Positions 61,300-64,000 of a stretch of 64,000 bases of DNA are shown here, piece after piece. Source of the DNA: Patescibacteria group bacterium (lineage in GTDB: Bacteria > Patescibacteriota > Patescibacteriia > Patescibacteriales > WJLG01); assembly GCA_028716485.1 (NCBI GenBank), contig JAQUPS010000006.1, forward strand, positions 651 to 64,650, written 5' to 3'. A program made the translations under genes and the position numbers. The notes beneath the pieces were generated by a model. That model was not told the origin of the DNA. It searched no databases and saw nothing but the letters and a program-made list of their open reading frames with translations. Each line of letters opens with the position of its first letter. Positions within the stretch are counted from its first letter, which is position 1.

Positions 61300-61629
61300 T
61301 CAGAAAGAAGCTTGAGCCTCGGTGAATTTGCGGGAAGCGGATAGTTGCGCTGCTATTGGAGTTAATTCTATGATATTGAATCTTCGCAGCTCCGTCAAAC
61401 CCAATAATTTTTCCAATTCGTAGGCCTCTTGAGCGGGATACAGAAAAGTCAATTCTCCAAGAAAAATCCTGACATAATTCGAACCCATGAAAAAAAATTC
61501 AGCGGCAATTTTGTCGTTACGAAAAACATCCATGCCTTTATCGGAAAATTTCTTCCAATCGTTAAGGTTTTTTTCGATGGATTTATAAACCACTTCGTAA
61601 ACCATCGTCCGTTTGTCCGAATCATCCAT
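61300..61629 (-). CDS. hypothetical protein
   Basis: 109-aa ORF downstream of gltX, same strand. Confidence 0.5.
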   Translation of the reverse strand: MDDSDKRTMVYEVVYKSIEKNLNDWKKFSDKGMDVFRNDKIAAEFFFMGSNYVRIFLGELTFLYPAQEAYELEKLLGLTELRRFNIIELTPIAAQLSASRKFTEAQASF

Positions 61630-61653
61630 CTTTTCCTCCTTTTGTTAAAGAGC

Positions 61654-63126
61654 TTATTTTAATTTTTCTATCGCTTTTTTAATTTTATCCAAAACTTCGG
61701 CTTTACCCAAGGCATCGGCCATTTCAAACGGCGACGGACTGGCTTTTTCACCGGTCAAAGCCGCGCGCATCGGCCAAAGATAGTCGCCAACGCTGGAATT
61801 ATTGCTTTTCAGCCAGGCGGTTACCGATTCTTCCAATTTTTTAGTTTGCCAATCATTATCGCCTATTTTATCTAAAAAGTCAAACAAACTTTCCAGATTT
61901 ACCTTGGTCGCTTCGGGCGTTGATTTCTTCCAGACCAGTAAATTTTTATCATATTCTAAATTATCGACGAAAAATAATTTGGTATGCTCCCCTATTTCCG
62001 ATAAGTTTTTCAGCCGCTCGCGCTCTAAACTGACAACTTTACCGATGAATTCGTCAGTCTTTTTAAAATCATTCGAAGTAAGGGCTAAATTTTCCGCCAA
62101 ATACGGCCGGCATAATTCGATCAATTCCGGGATTGATTTTTTTCGAATATAAACACCGTTCAGATAATCCAATTTATCCGTGTTAAAAATCGCCGGACTG
62201 GTGCCGATGTCCTCAATCTTGAATTCCTTGATTGCGTCAGTTATGGAAAAAATTTCATTTTCACCGGCAGGATGCCAGCCTAAGAGCGCGTTAAAATTTA
62301 TCAAGGCTTCGGGCAGAAAGCCTTTGGCGCGGAAATCTTCCACGGCCACGTCGCCTTTGCGTTTGCTTAACTTTCCGCCGTTCTTATCCAAAACCAGCGG
62401 CAGATGGATAAATTTAGGCGCATCCCAGCCGAAAGATTTGTAAAGCAGGATATTCTTCGGCAAAGACGGCAGCCATTCTTCGCCGCGAACCACATGGCTG
62501 GTTTCCATCAAGTGATCATCAACCACCGAAGCGAATTGATAAGTCGGCACGCCATCGGATTTGATCAAAACATAATCATCCAAATCGGCGATATTAAATT
62601 TCAAGTCGCCGCGCAATTCATCGTGAACGATAATTTCTCCCGCCAGCGGCAATTTATGCCTGATGACATATTTTTCTCCGGCCGCGATTCTCTTGGCAGC
62701 TTCATCAGCGCTTAAATCCCGGCAAGTCCGGTCATAGCGCGGCGGTTTTTTCATCGCCTCGGCCTCGGCGCGCATCTGCGTTAATCTTTCTTCGGTGCAA
62801 AAGCAAGGATAAACCTCGCCTTTAGCTAATAATTCCTTATTATATTTTTGATAAATATCCTGACGCTGCGACTGGATATACGGGCCGAAATTTCCGCCGA
62901 TGTGCGGACCCTCATCAAAAGTTATTCCCGCCCAAGCCAAAATTTCGATCAATTTATCCGCCGCTCCTTCCACTTCCCTTTTTTGGTCAGTATCCTCGAT
63001 ACGCAAAAACAAAACCCCGCCTAATGATTTGGCGATCAAATAATCGAATAACGCGGTGCGCAGCCCGCCGATATGCAGAAACCCGGTCGGCGACGGCGCG
63101 AATCTTAATCGAATTTTATCCGACAT
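61654..63126 (-). CDS. gltX: glutamate--tRNA ligase
   Basis: IRLRFAPSPTGFLHIGGLRTAL (HIGH) and KLSKRKG (KMSKS). Confidence 0.95.
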   Translation of the reverse strand: MSDKIRLRFAPSPTGFLHIGGLRTALFDYLIAKSLGGVLFLRIEDTDQKREVEGAADKLIEILAWAGITFDEGPHIGGNFGPYIQSQRQDIYQKYNKELLAKGEVYPCFCTEERLTQMRAEAEAMKKPPRYDRTCRDLSADEAAKRIAAGEKYVIRHKLPLAGEIIVHDELRGDLKFNIADLDDYVLIKSDGVPTYQFASVVDDHLMETSHVVRGEEWLPSLPKNILLYKSFGWDAPKFIHLPLVLDKNGGKLSKRKGDVAVEDFRAKGFLPEALINFNALLGWHPAGENEIFSITDAIKEFKIEDIGTSPAIFNTDKLDYLNGVYIRKKSIPELIELCRPYLAENLALTSNDFKKTDEFIGKVVSLERERLKNLSEIGEHTKLFFVDNLEYDKNLLVWKKSTPEATKVNLESLFDFLDKIGDNDWQTKKLEESVTAWLKSNNSSVGDYLWPMRAALTGEKASPSPFEMADALGKAEVLDKIKKAIEKLK

Positions 63127-63287
63127 AAACGTTGATCATATAATCCGAACCTACGAAATATCCGAATACTACGAACAAATTAAACAAATTATGACTTCAT
63201 CTTACCATAGTTTACGAAAAATAAAAGAGGGAGATAAAAACATCTTCCTCAATTGAAATAGCTAAAATAATTTTACCAATACAATAT

Positions 63288-63917
63288 TTATTCCAAGCAA
63301 ACCAAATTCTGCATATCCCAAATTAAATACCTTACAGCGGAATTTTCAAGCGAAGATGATTGGCTGGAAAGCATTTTTTGAATATTACGAAAAAATGATT
63401 TTTTTGCATTTAAACAAGAATCTTTCGGGGTATGCCCTTTTATAAGAGATATCATCACTTGATTGGACGGATCTAAAAAATTATCTACTACCGCGTCTTG
63501 CTCCGGCCTGGTACGGCACTTTTCATCATAAACAAATATAAATTTCTCTTTATAGCCGATAAAGGCTTTGGCGCCATTTTTTACCAGCGCCGGACCAAGT
63601 TCTTTGCCGGAACAGCAAGACAAGGAATAAATAACCCTGCTATCAAATATTTTTTCATTATCGCCAACCGCGGCTAAAATTTCATTATCCTGACCGGTAA
63701 TCACGCTATTGTCTCCATGACCATTTAAAAAAACAAGGCTTGGATCTTGTTTTTTAAGCATGCTTTCCAAATATTTTCTTTTTGCCCTGCCGTTTTTTAA
63801 ATCTAAAACATTAAAATCTCTTTCTTCGGCAAAATTTTTAACCCTTTCGGCCCAAGTTGAAATATATCTGACAGTTTGATCGTGGTTGGGGCGCGTAAGA
63901 AGAAGCTTATTATTCAT
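63288..63917 (-). CDS. hypothetical protein with a caspase-fold-like His...Cys arrangement
   Basis: 209 aa. VFLNGHGDN and, ~40 aa later, IYSLSCCSG are each preceded by a hydrophobic strand. Confidence 0.45.
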   Translation of the reverse strand: MNNKLLLTRPNHDQTVRYISTWAERVKNFAEERDFNVLDLKNGRAKRKYLESMLKKQDPSLVFLNGHGDNSVITGQDNEILAAVGDNEKIFDSRVIYSLSCCSGKELGPALVKNGAKAFIGYKEKFIFVYDEKCRTRPEQDAVVDNFLDPSNQVMISLIKGHTPKDSCLNAKKSFFRNIQKMLSSQSSSLENSAVRYLIWDMQNLVCLE

Positions 63918-64000
63918 ATAATATGCCGTTCTTTAGCCCTCTTAAAAAATTCATTTCAACCTCGATGATTTTTTGCCCCATTTCCCCGCCTTCTTCAACC
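63910..64000 (-). CDS. 3' end of a gene continuing beyond the window
   Basis: Open frame ...VEEGGEMGQKIIEVEMNFLRGLKNGILYE*. Its stop overlaps the next start (ATGAATAA). Confidence 0.3.
   Translation of the reverse strand, partial: VEEGGEMGQKIIEVEMNFLRGLKNGILYE

Noticed and set aside
1-64000. Alternative genetic code (UGA recoding, as in some CPR lineages)
   Set aside because: Housekeeping genes such as gyrB, metG, gltX, eno and pyrG are full-length and uninterrupted under the standard code, and several end at UGA. There is no sign of recoding.

Overview
The window reads like a streamlined, gene-dense bacterial chromosome of the Patescibacteria/CPR type. That placement is an inference from gene content and intergenic style; no rRNA is present to confirm it. 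Long uninterrupted ORFs indicate the standard genetic code.

I recognised no rRNA, tRNA or CRISPR array. All protein calls come from reading the ORF-track translations for family motifs; no database search was possible.

**Housekeeping blocks**
- secE-nusG-rplK-rplA.
- rpmA, pyrG, metG, gltX, gatB, gyrB, miaA/miaB, rsmI, tsaC.
- Lower glycolysis: pgk-eno-gpmI.
- A dTMP-synthesis cluster: dCMP deaminase, dcd, thyA, folA and a P-loop kinase.
- A fused pyrB-pyrI.

**Accessory or unusual content**
1. **Tail-only phage module, 1727-7599.** It holds a tape measure, a hub-like protein and a glycine-rich fibre. It sits next to zinc-ribbon ORFs and a Xer-type tyrosine recombinase.
2. **Cassette locus, 48843-55068 (minus strand).** A 1503-aa secreted protein carries propeller-like repeats, an Ig-like domain and an LCAT/PGAP1-like Ser-Asp-His lipase domain. 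Downstream lies a decaying tandem array of three spare copies of its last ~110 codons. Each copy is followed by a small, very hydrophobic ORF, and two of those ORFs contain frameshift-prone simple repeats. This resembles orphan C-terminal cassette and immunity arrays, or silent-cassette variation systems. It is my top candidate for an undescribed system.
3. **Candidate ncRNA, ~29626-29988 (minus strand).** A GC-rich, hairpin-dense island of ~360 nt has its own sigma70-like promoter and intrinsic terminator. It lacks the RNase P, tmRNA and SRP core motifs I can recall.
4. **Two small dispersed palindromic element families.** One copy appears to be inserted in frame in dcd.
5. **Intergenic low-complexity repeats with ~7-nt periodicity.** They form long inverted repeats that abut start codons.
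6. **Domain oddities.**
   - A membrane-anchored, zinc-finger Clp-like AAA+ protein with a degenerate D1 module.
   - A VanZ-QueH fusion.
   - A truncated, degenerate iPGM paralog.
   - A triad-less HtrA/PDZ protein.
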